Assembly: GCA_950097015.1 (NCBI GenBank) | Contig: CATNEN010000003.1 | Coordinates: 5,890,001-5,954,000 of the forward strand | Direction of reading: 5' to 3' | DNA: 64,000 nucleotides | Source of the DNA: Macrostomum hystrix | Taxonomy: Eukaryota; Animalia; Platyhelminthes | Shown here: positions 54,479 through 64,000 of the stretch, in pieces | How positions within the stretch are numbered: the stretch's first letter is position 1 | Layout of the letters: every line of letters begins with the position of its first letter | The notes under the pieces: generated by a model | Database searches by the model: none | Told to the model about the DNA's origin: nothing | The model's input: the letters and a program-made list of their open reading frames with translations, nothing else | Program-made: the position numbers and the translations under genes

Positions 54479-56045
54479 TTATTCGAATCCACCCTTCTTA
54501 TCCTTCATTTCCGTTTTGAAGCGCCGGCTATTCCAGCTTAGCATCAAAACTTCGAAGAAGAACTGCACCAGCTCACAGGCAAACAGCACCGACATGCCGA
54601 GATAGGCGCGAACGATGCCTCCAATGTCAGCAACAAAGCTCTCGAATGTGTAGGCGACAATGCGATCAGCCATCGGTTTCCGAGCAGAAATCAGCAGTTG
54701 CAGCCAGTTAGCTCGAAAGTAGTCTTCGAGCTCCCCGCTGCCGTTGCTTTTGGCCAAAATGCCAGCAATGTACTTCAAAGCTGGACTAGTGGTGGATTCG
54801 TTTATTTCCCAATAGGCCAAAAGGTCTTCCACATTTTCCATGATGCTTTCAACCGGCCACGTGTTGGTCATTATACTCGACTAGTAAGAGCGCTCAGAAC
54901 AAGGTCGCAAGTTCCAGCACCATTCCTCCGGCTCTATAAGTCTCAATTCCAGTTTTCTTTCGAGATATGTCTTGACGTCCAGTGATCCACCCTCAGTGAT
55001 CCAGCTCAGGTTGAACTGGGTCTGCATGGCACTGTAGTAGCAATGACCGTAGTCATAGGCCACTGAATAGGCAGAGTTGTCATACGGATTCACCATATTG
55101 ACTGTGGGTGGACTGTCGATGCATTGTGTGGGGTCCTCAGTGTGTACCTCCTCCTTAATCTTCAACTGGACTCTGAAGGAGCGACCATCCTCGAAAATCA
55201 GAACTTCGTCAAAGTCGCTCGGATAGTGTCCTGGATTTGTTAGGTAAACTAGAAGATTCGAGCTGCGAACTTTCGATACCAGACTTAGTTTGTCTAGAGC
55301 CCAGTAAGGCGCCGTGAAGTTGCCGTACGCGTTGACAATAATAGGCTATTTCGGTGGACCCATCTTATCCTCAGGCGCATCCATCATTACTGAGGCATGC
55401 AGAACATCTTCAGGTCCAGTGTGTCCGCATCAATTTTTCTCTGCGATTCATTTAATGAGATCTTGAAGCATCTCAGATGTTTGGGGTGATAAAACGGTTT
55501 GGTTTCCATCTCTATAAAATTCACGTTCAATCCATTAGTCCTGACCAGAGAAGCCATCAGGATTGACTGTTTTGCAGTGTGTCCCATTTCGTCCACCAGA
55601 CTGCGGTACGGCATTGAGTTCATTCGTATCTCTGCTGCATCGAGCTTGAGTTCATCGCAATAGGCTAGGCCCAGCTCGCTACACCAGCTATTAGTTGTTT
55701 CGTCTGCGTCTCGCAGAGTCTTATTTACCATATGGCAACGAACTCTTGACTTACTTCCAAGTATCGACTGCCCGACATCGGATTGTCGAAGCAAAAGAAC
55801 AGATCAGGGTACTCGAATAGAACTGCGTCAGCTCTGAAATTCGTTGTGACGTCATTCGCTTGTAGACGGTTGATGAAGCCGACCAGCTGCCTGATGAACA
55901 GGCCGCAGCAGACCAGCCATGCCAGCAGCCACAGCACCCTCGTGAATACTCGCTTTTCGTTCACCAGACGTGCCAGAGCGTGAGCATTGGTTTTTTGCAA
56001 AGCCTCTATGACCAGCTCTCTCGTTTTCATGTCTTGAAATTCCAT
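54479..56045 (-). pseudogene. DEG/ENaC copy 2, pseudogene
   Basis: Homologous to copies 1 and 3, but has a frameshift at ~55730, a deletion/frameshift at ~55400, in-frame stops at ~55346 and 54881, a 69-nt in-frame deletion at ~55015 and an altered TM2 (GGIVRAYLGMS). Confidence 0.88.
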
Positions 56046-56584
56046 ATTTAGAATTTTCCTTGAGACATTAAAGTGCATGCTGTAACGCGATCTTTGAAGC
56101 ATTAATATACTTTGTTGCGTTCTGATTCACTTTTCCCTGACTCCGGATGTTTGCGGTCGTTCAACTAGCGAATTGTGAAATAAATATAAGTGAGTTATGA
56201 AAATATCACTTTAAGCGGAAATGTTTGCGATTTCTTCAATTCTGTTTATTCTCATGGCTTCGAGAACTCCTTGCTGAATTTTTTTCTGTCCAATATCAGT
56301 AATGGACGACGCAAAACGTAAAAGGTATGCAGGTGAATAAGTAATTCACCATTTTTACGCCTGAAGTGTCTTCAAGTCAAAGCGAGTGCGTTAAAAATAT
56401 CAGCCATTATTTCTTTAGAAGCGAGAAAGGACGAGGCTATGAATAAAATTTAAAGACGCGCAATTCTTACAAGTGATAATGTGGATCGTTTGAGTGACTT
56501 CTAGTGTTAAAAAAGAAGTTGCGTTCAAAATCCGAGGGCATGTCTTTGTTGGAAGGTGAACTCTATAACCTTAGAAGCGGCCTA

Positions 56585-56715
56585 ACGCGTTTTACTCTCG
56601 AACCAAGGTCCCTGAGCACGATTCCGCGGCGAGAATCGCCTCTTCACTGGCTGCGGGACTAGTGTCACCAATTAATGTGACATTGTCTGCAGCCCTCCTG
56701 CAGTTATTATTCATA
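56585..56715 (+). mobile_element. SINE family B, internally deleted relic
   Basis: Head (ccaaggtccctgagcacgattccgcggcgag) fused directly to the 3' stem and tail. Confidence 0.7.
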
Positions 56716-57144
56716 TTTAGTTTTACTGTCTAAAACATAGGTAATTGGACTGCTAATGTCAGTCAGTTTATTTGTTAATTACTGTAATAAAATTTTGTCA
56801 GCTATTTACTGCAATCATTTTCTCAGTTGCCAGGTTGTTGACTGTGGATAGTTCCATTTTTACCTAACCGTATTTACATATAGGCTTATTTCAAAGCTCT
56901 CTACAATGGTCTGCAGTTGAATAAGTTTGCAATAGGTGAAGTGGATAGAGTGTTATAGTCTCCACGGAGCTTTTATGCTGCTTTATGAATGGTCTAGCCA
57001 TACGAGTATTCTGCTGATCAGTCGCGTAGATTTATGGATTAGACAATGCACGATTAACTACAAGTACATTTTTGGAGAGTAAGATAGATTTGAATTTTAG
57101 TATAGGGATTAGATGAGCTGCAAAGCCAAATGAACAATTTAGGG

Positions 57145-58155
57145 CAGGGGTCGGCAAACTCCGGCCCGCGGGCCAGATGCGGCCCTCGAAGCTCCCAAAT
57201 CCGGCCCGTTGCCCCTTCCGACACCTACAGTATCCTGCTTAATCTTTCCCCTGTTTCATCTTTCCCCTGTTTCATCTTTCCCCTGTCTCGTCTCTTCCGT
57301 GTCTCATCTCTCCGCTGTCTCATCTCTCCTCAGTCTCATCTCTCCCGTGTCTCATCTCTCCGCTGTCTCATCTCTCCTCAGTCTCATCTCTCCTGTGTCT
57401 CATCTCTCCGCTGTCTCATCTCTCCTCAGTCTCATCTCTCCCGTGTCTCATCTCTCCGCTGTCTCATCTCTCCTCAGTCTCGTCTCTCCAGTGTCTCATC
57501 TCTCCCATGCCTCATCTCTCCTCAGTCTCGTCTCTCCTCAGTCTCGTCTCTCCCGTGTCTCATCTCTCCTCAGTCTCATCTCTCCCGTGTCTCATCTCTC
57601 CGCTGTCTCATCTCTCCTCAGTCTCATCTCTCCCGTGTCTCATCTCTCCGCTGTCTCATCTCTCCTCAGTCTCATCTCTCCCGTGTCTCATCTCTCCGCT
57701 GTCTCATCTCTCCTCAGTCTCGTCTCTCCAGTGTCTCATCTCTCCCATGCCTCATCTCTCCTCAGTCTCGTCTCTCCTCAGTCTCGTCTCTCCCGTGTCT
57801 TATCTCTCCCATGCCTCATCTCTCCTCAGTCTCGTCTCTCCCGTGTCTCATCTCTCCCATGCCTCATCTCTCCTCAGTCTCGTCTCTCCCGTGTCTCATC
57901 TCTCCTCAGTCTCGTCTCTCCTCAGTCTCATCTCTCCCATGCCTCATCTCTCCTCAGTCTCGTCTCTCCCGTGTCTTATCTCTCCTCAGTCTCGTCTCTC
58001 CGCTGTCTCATCTCTCCTCAGTCTCGTCTCTCCTCAGTCTCGTCTCTCCCGTGCCTCATCTCTCCCCTATCTCATCTTTCTACAGTCAATGCGGCCTGCT
58101 GCCGTCTTTTAGGTTCTCTTTTTGGCCCACTAGCTAATAAGTTTGCCGACCCCTG
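57145..58155 (+). mobile_element. Non-autonomous hAT MITE with internal minisatellite (second copy)
   Basis: TIRs CAGGGGTCGGCAAACT / AGTTTGCCGACCCCTG; 8-bp TSD ATTTAGGG at 57137-57144 and 58156-58163; internal (TCTCATCTCTCCCGTG)-type array. Confidence 0.93.
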
Positions 58156-58898
58156 ATTTAGGGGAATTGATTCAATGAGGTTACTGAGTATTGGCTCGAT
58201 TGACAATTCGTTTGAAAGTATAGACCAAAACATTTGCGAATCAATTTAGCGATATCGACGTCAGTCTTAAGTAAAAAAGGAAATATTTTTTCCTTATTTC
58301 GACGTTGATGTGGTTGTGAAGCTAGGCTAAATTTGTTAAAGCCGGCACCAATAAACCAATACGAGTGTTAGTTGAGCGTTTAGTAAAATTAGCTTTTAGA
58401 CTTTGTTTAGTCTCATCTGCGCATTTTACGTTAAGCCTCGTTGACGTGAATTTCACAAAAAGTTTCTAAAGCCTTTTGTAAGCTTTGGCTTTGCCATGGA
58501 TTTGAACAAACGGATTCGCCGTCAAGACAAATCAAGTGTTTACACTGCCTGACAATGAGATTTCGTTGCCGATCTCAGCTCATACGTAACCAGCAAAAGT
58601 AAGTTACACATTACGAGGCTTACGTTCATTATACAAGTAACTAGGGCTTCCTTCATGTTACTATTATCAATTCAACAAATAAAAGCTAATCATTGCAATT
58701 CTACATTTTCATGTCACAGGCTAGGTGTAGCGAGTTTTAAAGGTACATTATCACAGAAAAGACACTTAAAGGTGTTGTAAAGTGATTGTGAGAAATTAAA
58801 AGATGTAAATATTAGGCTAACATGCAAACATGGCGTGTTTTTTTACAATTCTTTCATTTTAAGACTTCATATTTCAAATATTATCATAAAACCGATAG

Positions 58899-60521
58899 CT
58901 AGATTTTGCCCAACTCAAAGCTTTCACCTGGTTTCACATTAATTTGTTTCATGTTGTACCTGCAGCAGAGTAGAATGAGGTCATGCAGGAATTGTATCAG
59001 CTCACATGTTGTGAGAACTGACATGCCCAGGTAGATGCCCAGAATTCCTCCAACGTCGGCCACGAAGCTCTCGAAGCTGTAGGCCCGGGTGAAGATGATT
59101 CTGTCGGACATTGGCTTCTTGACCGAGACCTCTAGCTGCAACATGTTGGCTTGTAGATAGTCAGACAGCTCCTGGCTGTAGTTAGCGTTGGCCGAGATGC
59201 GTTCCAGGTACTTCAGAGCAGGGCTTGACTTGGCAGGAATTTCTGAGGGAAGGAATAAGCTTTCTAAATCATTGAGAATGCTATCAACAGGCCACGTATT
59301 CGCCACTGTGCTAGACGTATACATGCGGTCGATGCACGGACGCGAGTTCTTGCAGCGCATCAGTGGCTCATCAATCGCGTAGAAGTTTCTGTACTTTAGG
59401 TAGGCAGCAATGTCCTGCATGCTACCCCAGCCGCTGCTCAGGTTGAACAGCAGTCGATCAGCTGGTGGCCACGGCTGCGGCAGATACCCCAGTGAAGCGT
59501 TCAGCAAGAGCCTGAATTGAGCTTGCATCTCCCTGTCGTAACAATGAGCATAGTCGTAGGTCACTGTATATGCAGAGTTGTCATACGGATTCACCATTTG
59601 GACGCTTGGCGGACTCTCGATGCATTGTGTGGAGTCCTCAGTGTGCATCTGTTCCTTCATCTCCAGCTCAATGCCATATGAGCGGCCTCCCTCGAGGATG
59701 ACAATTTCATCAAAATCGCTTGGATAGTGTCCCGGTCTTGTGATATAGATCCTCAGATTTGAGATTCGGACCTTTGATTGAAGATCTAGCCTGTCCAAAG
59801 TCCAGAATGGCGCTGTGACGTTCCCCAAGATATTCGCGATCGGTGGCAATTTGACGGGGCCCATTTTAGCGAATGGACTGTCAATCATCGCGATTACAAA
59901 CAAGGAGTCTCTCGGGCCCATTAGCTGCGTGCCTTCTTTTAAAACACTTTTCAACGATATATTAAAGCATCTGAGATGCTTTGGGTGGTAGAATGGAGTT
60001 GCGTCAATGAAGCCCAGGCCGATATTAAGTCCATTCGTTCTCACAAAAGTAGCGAATAATATTGATTGATTTTCAGTGCGGCCCATCTCATCCACCAGAC
60101 GGCGGTATGGCATTGAGTTCATTTGCAAATCAGGCGCATCATGTTTCATTGCTTCACATTTGTCTGACGTCAATTGGCTGCACCAGTTCTCTGTTGCCGC
60201 ACCAATGTCTCGCTTGATCTTGTTGAAACTAGCAATGAACTCTTCGCTCACCTCCAAGTGTCGACTGCCTGACATCGGATTGCTATAACAAACGAACAGA
60301 TCCGGGTACTCGAACGGAACTGCGTCAGCCCGGAGATTGGTCGTCACGTCGTTCGATTGGAGGCGGTTGATGAAGCCGATCAGCTGCCTGATGAACAGGC
60401 CACAGCAGATCAACCATGCCAGTAGCCACAGCACTTTCGTGTACACTCGCTTCTCGTTGACGACACGTGCTAGAGCGTGGGCGTTTGTTTTCTGCAGAGC
60501 CTGTGAGACTAGGTCGCTCAT
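58899..60521 (-). CDS. DEG/ENaC subunit, copy 3, intronless, 540 aa
   Basis: Same motifs as copy 1 (TNAHA, YPDLFVCYSNP, ADVGGILGIYLGMSVLT); the frame is fully open. Confidence 0.9.
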   Translation of the reverse strand: MSDLVSQALQKTNAHALARVVNEKRVYTKVLWLLAWLICCGLFIRQLIGFINRLQSNDVTTNLRADAVPFEYPDLFVCYSNPMSGSRHLEVSEEFIASFNKIKRDIGAATENWCSQLTSDKCEAMKHDAPDLQMNSMPYRRLVDEMGRTENQSILFATFVRTNGLNIGLGFIDATPFYHPKHLRCFNISLKSVLKEGTQLMGPRDSLFVIAMIDSPFAKMGPVKLPPIANILGNVTAPFWTLDRLDLQSKVRISNLRIYITRPGHYPSDFDEIVILEGGRSYGIELEMKEQMHTEDSTQCIESPPSVQMVNPYDNSAYTVTYDYAHCYDREMQAQFRLLLNASLGYLPQPWPPADRLLFNLSSGWGSMQDIAAYLKYRNFYAIDEPLMRCKNSRPCIDRMYTSSTVANTWPVDSILNDLESLFLPSEIPAKSSPALKYLERISANANYSQELSDYLQANMLQLEVSVKKPMSDRIIFTRAYSFESFVADVGGILGIYLGMSVLTTCELIQFLHDLILLCCRYNMKQINVKPGESFELGKI

Positions 60522-62243
60522 ATCTTGCAGTTTGGAGCGGTTTAGTTCAGTCTCGTTAGCAAAGAATCACTGAATCTCTCAATGATCTCCTGCCTAATAT
60601 TGCTGATGAGATGGCTGCTTGAGTTGGCGCTGGACACGACTGATTTTCGTATTATTCTTTTTGATTGTTGACTCAGTAAAGCAGTTACAAATTGCTGACT
60701 TAAACACGAGCATAGACGCATTAAAACTCCTTGGAACCTTCACTGTTTGAGTAGGCCTGTTTGTCCTGCTGTCATTGGTCATTGGGGGCAGTACTATGTC
60801 CAAACCAAAATTACATTCAGCTATGCCTAATAAAACATTGTGGATCCAGTTTAGTTGTTTGATTAGAGTCGTTCTACTCGCAGTGTGATTTTGTCCAATA
60901 AAAGCTGTGCCAGGACATTAAACATAATATTTCTCATCTGAGAGTTAGCGTGCTGCCTTCAGGTAAATTGTTTGCACTTTGCTTCACTGTCTGAAGCACC
61001 AACTATAAGGATAGAACTCAGACTGTATTTTTTAGCTAGCACTACTATTTAGCTTTTCTGCAAATTCGCAATTCTTCGAAAGTTTCTAAAATGGCAGTGC
61101 AATTTTCGGTTTTTGGTCGAGACCATCCGGCTGTACAAAGCCGAGATCTGGACGCTGATGTACTCGCTCGAACAGCAATTAACGTCGGCCTGCTGCGCGC
61201 CGCCTTGAATGTTAGCGAGGCCGGGAGCTCCATCAACTCCTGGGAGCCATTGAGAGCTCGGAAACGGTCGCCCGTCGGTCGCGTCGATGACAAGCTGGTG
61301 CTTTTTACTAGAATTATTCTTCTGTTCAGCACACTTGGAACCCGCACGAAGCCGACGGAGCAGCCCAGCAACGTCAGCGTCAGGCAGCGTCAGGCGCTTT
61401 GCCAGTGTCAGGCACCAGGCTTTGGTCAATGTGGTTGCGAGCCTTTGTAGGGCCTTGCTCCGGGCCGCCAGGAGGTGCTGCTGCTAAAGATGCAGGCAAC
61501 CAACCTGCCCGACCAGGTCCGAACTCGATGCTTCATTGACTGCGTGCTAGCTGACGCTGGCGCCCCGAACTCTGCCCGCTGTGCTTCCTACGTTCGCTCG
61601 CCCTGTGCCGTTTTTTCTTGACAACTTGCATTTTCATTGTTGATTATTGACTTGGCAGTCCTATGAGAAAATTCGCATTTTTAGCTTTTGCTGTTGAAAT
61701 TTATGCGTCCCTTGCTGTAATTAGTTATATTGGAGCAAATATTGCCTTGCTTTAAATACATACTGAGGTCTAGCTTTTGTGCTAGACCATGGCTGAAACG
61801 ATTGCATTTTCGTTATCACTTGATGATGATAACTCCATGGCTTTGGTTCTCGATGCTAATAGTAGAGAATTACTTTAAATGAGTCAAATTAGTCGTCATA
61901 ATGAAGGTAGGAACAGTTTTGTAGCTGCTTCAGGGTATGAATTCAACTGAATATGTCCGTAACAATAATTAACAGCCTGATCAGTAACCTAAAGTTTACC
62001 AGACTCGATCCTAATTCAATATTTGATACTGAGCCAATGCTTGAGATGGTATTCACTCCCTCAATAGAGCGGCATTACCTAGGATGTGTACATAGCCTTA
62101 GTGATTTGGTGATGAACTAATGGCTAGGTATACTGTCAACCAGAACAAATAGTCAAATTAGTGCTTTTCTCATTAATGTGGGACTCAACACTTTTTGAAC
62201 ACACCTTTTTTACATTGATAATCTAATATATTTTTATAAGTAG

Positions 62244-62894
62244 TGTGACGTTGTCACTTGTTGGAAGCGCCCCTATGAATTTAATCTACGCGTTAATTTA
62301 TGTAGCTAATTTACATGCGTACTAACTTGGGCCGTTTAACAAATGTCATTTAACTATCACCAACTTCTGCGGTTTCGTATAATTATTTAAAATTGTTAGA
62401 GTACTACTGTAAGTAGACGTCAATGTACATCGCGCCACCCTAGCTTATTTTCTACGCGCGTTCAATGTTAACTACCCCGGCAAATGAGCGTGCGAGCTCT
62501 TTCTGGCTAGATTTATCGATCGCTCTGTTTATCCTGCGGGCGAGTTTATTTAACTAGGGTTCCTGAGCCCGCTCGCGCCTCACTTCGCTCGCTGACTTCT
62601 CTTCTCTTCGCTCTCTCCCTTCTCTTCTCTCGCTCGCTGTCTTCTCTTCTCTCCGTGCCGCCCCTTCTCGTCCCGGCCGCTGTTAATTGCACTGTTATTC
62701 GTCATATCAATTTCGTCTTCACTACTAGTTATTGTCACCATTGAGCTCCTACCCCTGACCGAATCATTGCTTGTCGTAAGTCCCAGTGCGAATAAACGAG
62801 ATCAATCTAAAGTGCTACCGCTACACCGATTACGAGAATTCTAACTAAAATTGGGATTGAGTTCGACGACTCTGTTGCCAGTTATTTCGTCACA
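62244..62894 (+). mobile_element. Solo LTR (651 bp), probably Gypsy-type
   Basis: Termini TGTGACG..CGTCACA; 4-bp TSD GTAG at 62240-62243 and 62895-62898; AATAAA at 62791; no coding sequence. Confidence 0.75.
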
Positions 62895-63623
62895 GTAGCT
62901 AAAGTAAATGTACTCGTACATTAAATATGTACGAGTATTAAGTGCCTAAAAATAATCTAAGGCACTTAGAAAGTGCTAGTCTAAGGCTCATCAACTCATT
63001 ATGATTGATTTAATACTTAATTTTTGTTTTTGTCACCTTAAAATTGCAACCTGATCGACAGGGCTCTCTCAAGTTAGTGGTCTTAGCTGCATGACAGCCT
63101 CTGACAGTATTTTTCTTCTAGCTCGTATTTTACCTATTTTATACTTCGTGTGTAATGACGGGGCTCGCCCCCACCTATTTCAGAATAGCGCCTGAATCAG
63201 AAATCAGATTCGACTTCGGTTTAACAATCCCTTTTCCTCCTCTCCCTCCTCTCATTTTTAACGACGTGAGTCACACACCGGAAGTTTGGCTTGAAATGTT
63301 TATTGAGAGAAAAATATAATTAGGTAAAAAGTATAAATTAATCATTTCTTTATTAAGCTAAGACAGTCAAATGTAAAGTTACTAATTTTTAGATTTCACT
63401 TTATACACTAGACATGAAAGTCAATCTTGTAGAGCATTTATAAAAATATAAATTAGACGGTAACTACCTAGGACATGCACAAAAAACTGTCGGATTTACG
63501 CTGTTATTAAAAGAATAATTCAAGAAAACAAAATAATTAGCTACATCTTACTTGATCGCAAAACTGAGATAAAACATAAAAACTCTTTCCATAGGAAGCA
63601 ATAAGAGCTCAGGAGTTGAAAAT

Positions 63624-64000
63624 CTATATCGGACTAATGGCTACCATACTATTAACACCCGTGTCATTCTCTTTGTCCTTCAAATCTGGGCCTGGGTAGT
63701 CGTCATTTCCCTCGGTCTTATTGAAGCAAACCAAAATTAGGTCGTGCAGAAACTGAAGCAGCTCGCAGGCTGTGAGAACCGACATGCCCAGGTATATTCC
63801 AAGAATGCCTCCAACGTCGGCTACGAAGCTCTCGAAACTGTAAGCTCTGGTAAAAGTGACGCGATCAGCCATCGACTTCTTCACTGAAATTTCCAGTTGC
63901 AGTAGGTTGGCTCGAAGGTACTCCCTCAGCTCCTGACTGTAGTTTTTGCTTGCCGAAATGCGTTCTAGGTACTTCAGCGCTGTACTTGACCTTTTGGACA
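63624..64000 (-). CDS. DEG/ENaC subunit, copy 4 (3' part; continues beyond the window)
   Basis: ..STALKYLERISASKNYSQELREYLRANLLQLEISVKKSMADRVTFTRAYSFESFVADVGGILGIYLGMSVLT. Confidence 0.87.
   Translation of the reverse strand, partial: SKRSSTALKYLERISASKNYSQELREYLRANLLQLEISVKKSMADRVTFTRAYSFESFVADVGGILGIYLGMSVLTACELLQFLHDLILVCFNKTEGNDDYPGPDLKDKENDTGVNSMVAISPI

Noticed and set aside
61280-61300. QLVIDA on the minus strand resembling an ESCO PIP box
   Set aside because: No zinc finger follows, and it is on the opposite strand 14 kb from the ESCO gene; likely chance.

Overview
This is eukaryotic, intron-containing animal DNA, not prokaryotic. GC-rich exons with poly-Ala/Gln runs, short GT-AG introns, many 16-24 bp minisatellites and tRNA-derived SINEs resemble a free-living flatworm such as Macrostomum; that assignment is an inference. 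Genes I could splice by hand: a catalytically dead M13/neprilysin-like membrane protein, an ADAMTS-type TSP1 protein (partial model), a 3-exon NAD-dependent epimerase/dehydrogenase resembling bacterial D-erythronate dehydrogenase DenD, a complete 8-exon FREM1 (~2305 aa), a disrupted ionotropic-receptor (iGluR/IR) gene, CCDC102A, an intronless ESCO/Eco1 acetyltransferase, a GALNT lacking its lectin domain, and a tandem array of at least four DEG/ENaC channel genes (two intact and intronless, one pseudogene, one running off the window). Mobile DNA: two hAT MITEs with 8-bp TSDs and internal minisatellites, a TA-flanked MITE, a decayed mariner, an RNase H LINE fragment, a solo LTR, a Myb/SANT (Harbinger-type) pseudogene and two SINE families. 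Best leads: the putative bacteria-derived DenD-like gene with introns, the DEG/ENaC cluster (HG-to-HA change, cysteine-poor thumb, patchwork identity), a ~190-bp-arm palindrome built inside a SINE, and a GTSF1-like zinc finger missed by the ORF track. All family calls come from motif recognition only; no database search was run.
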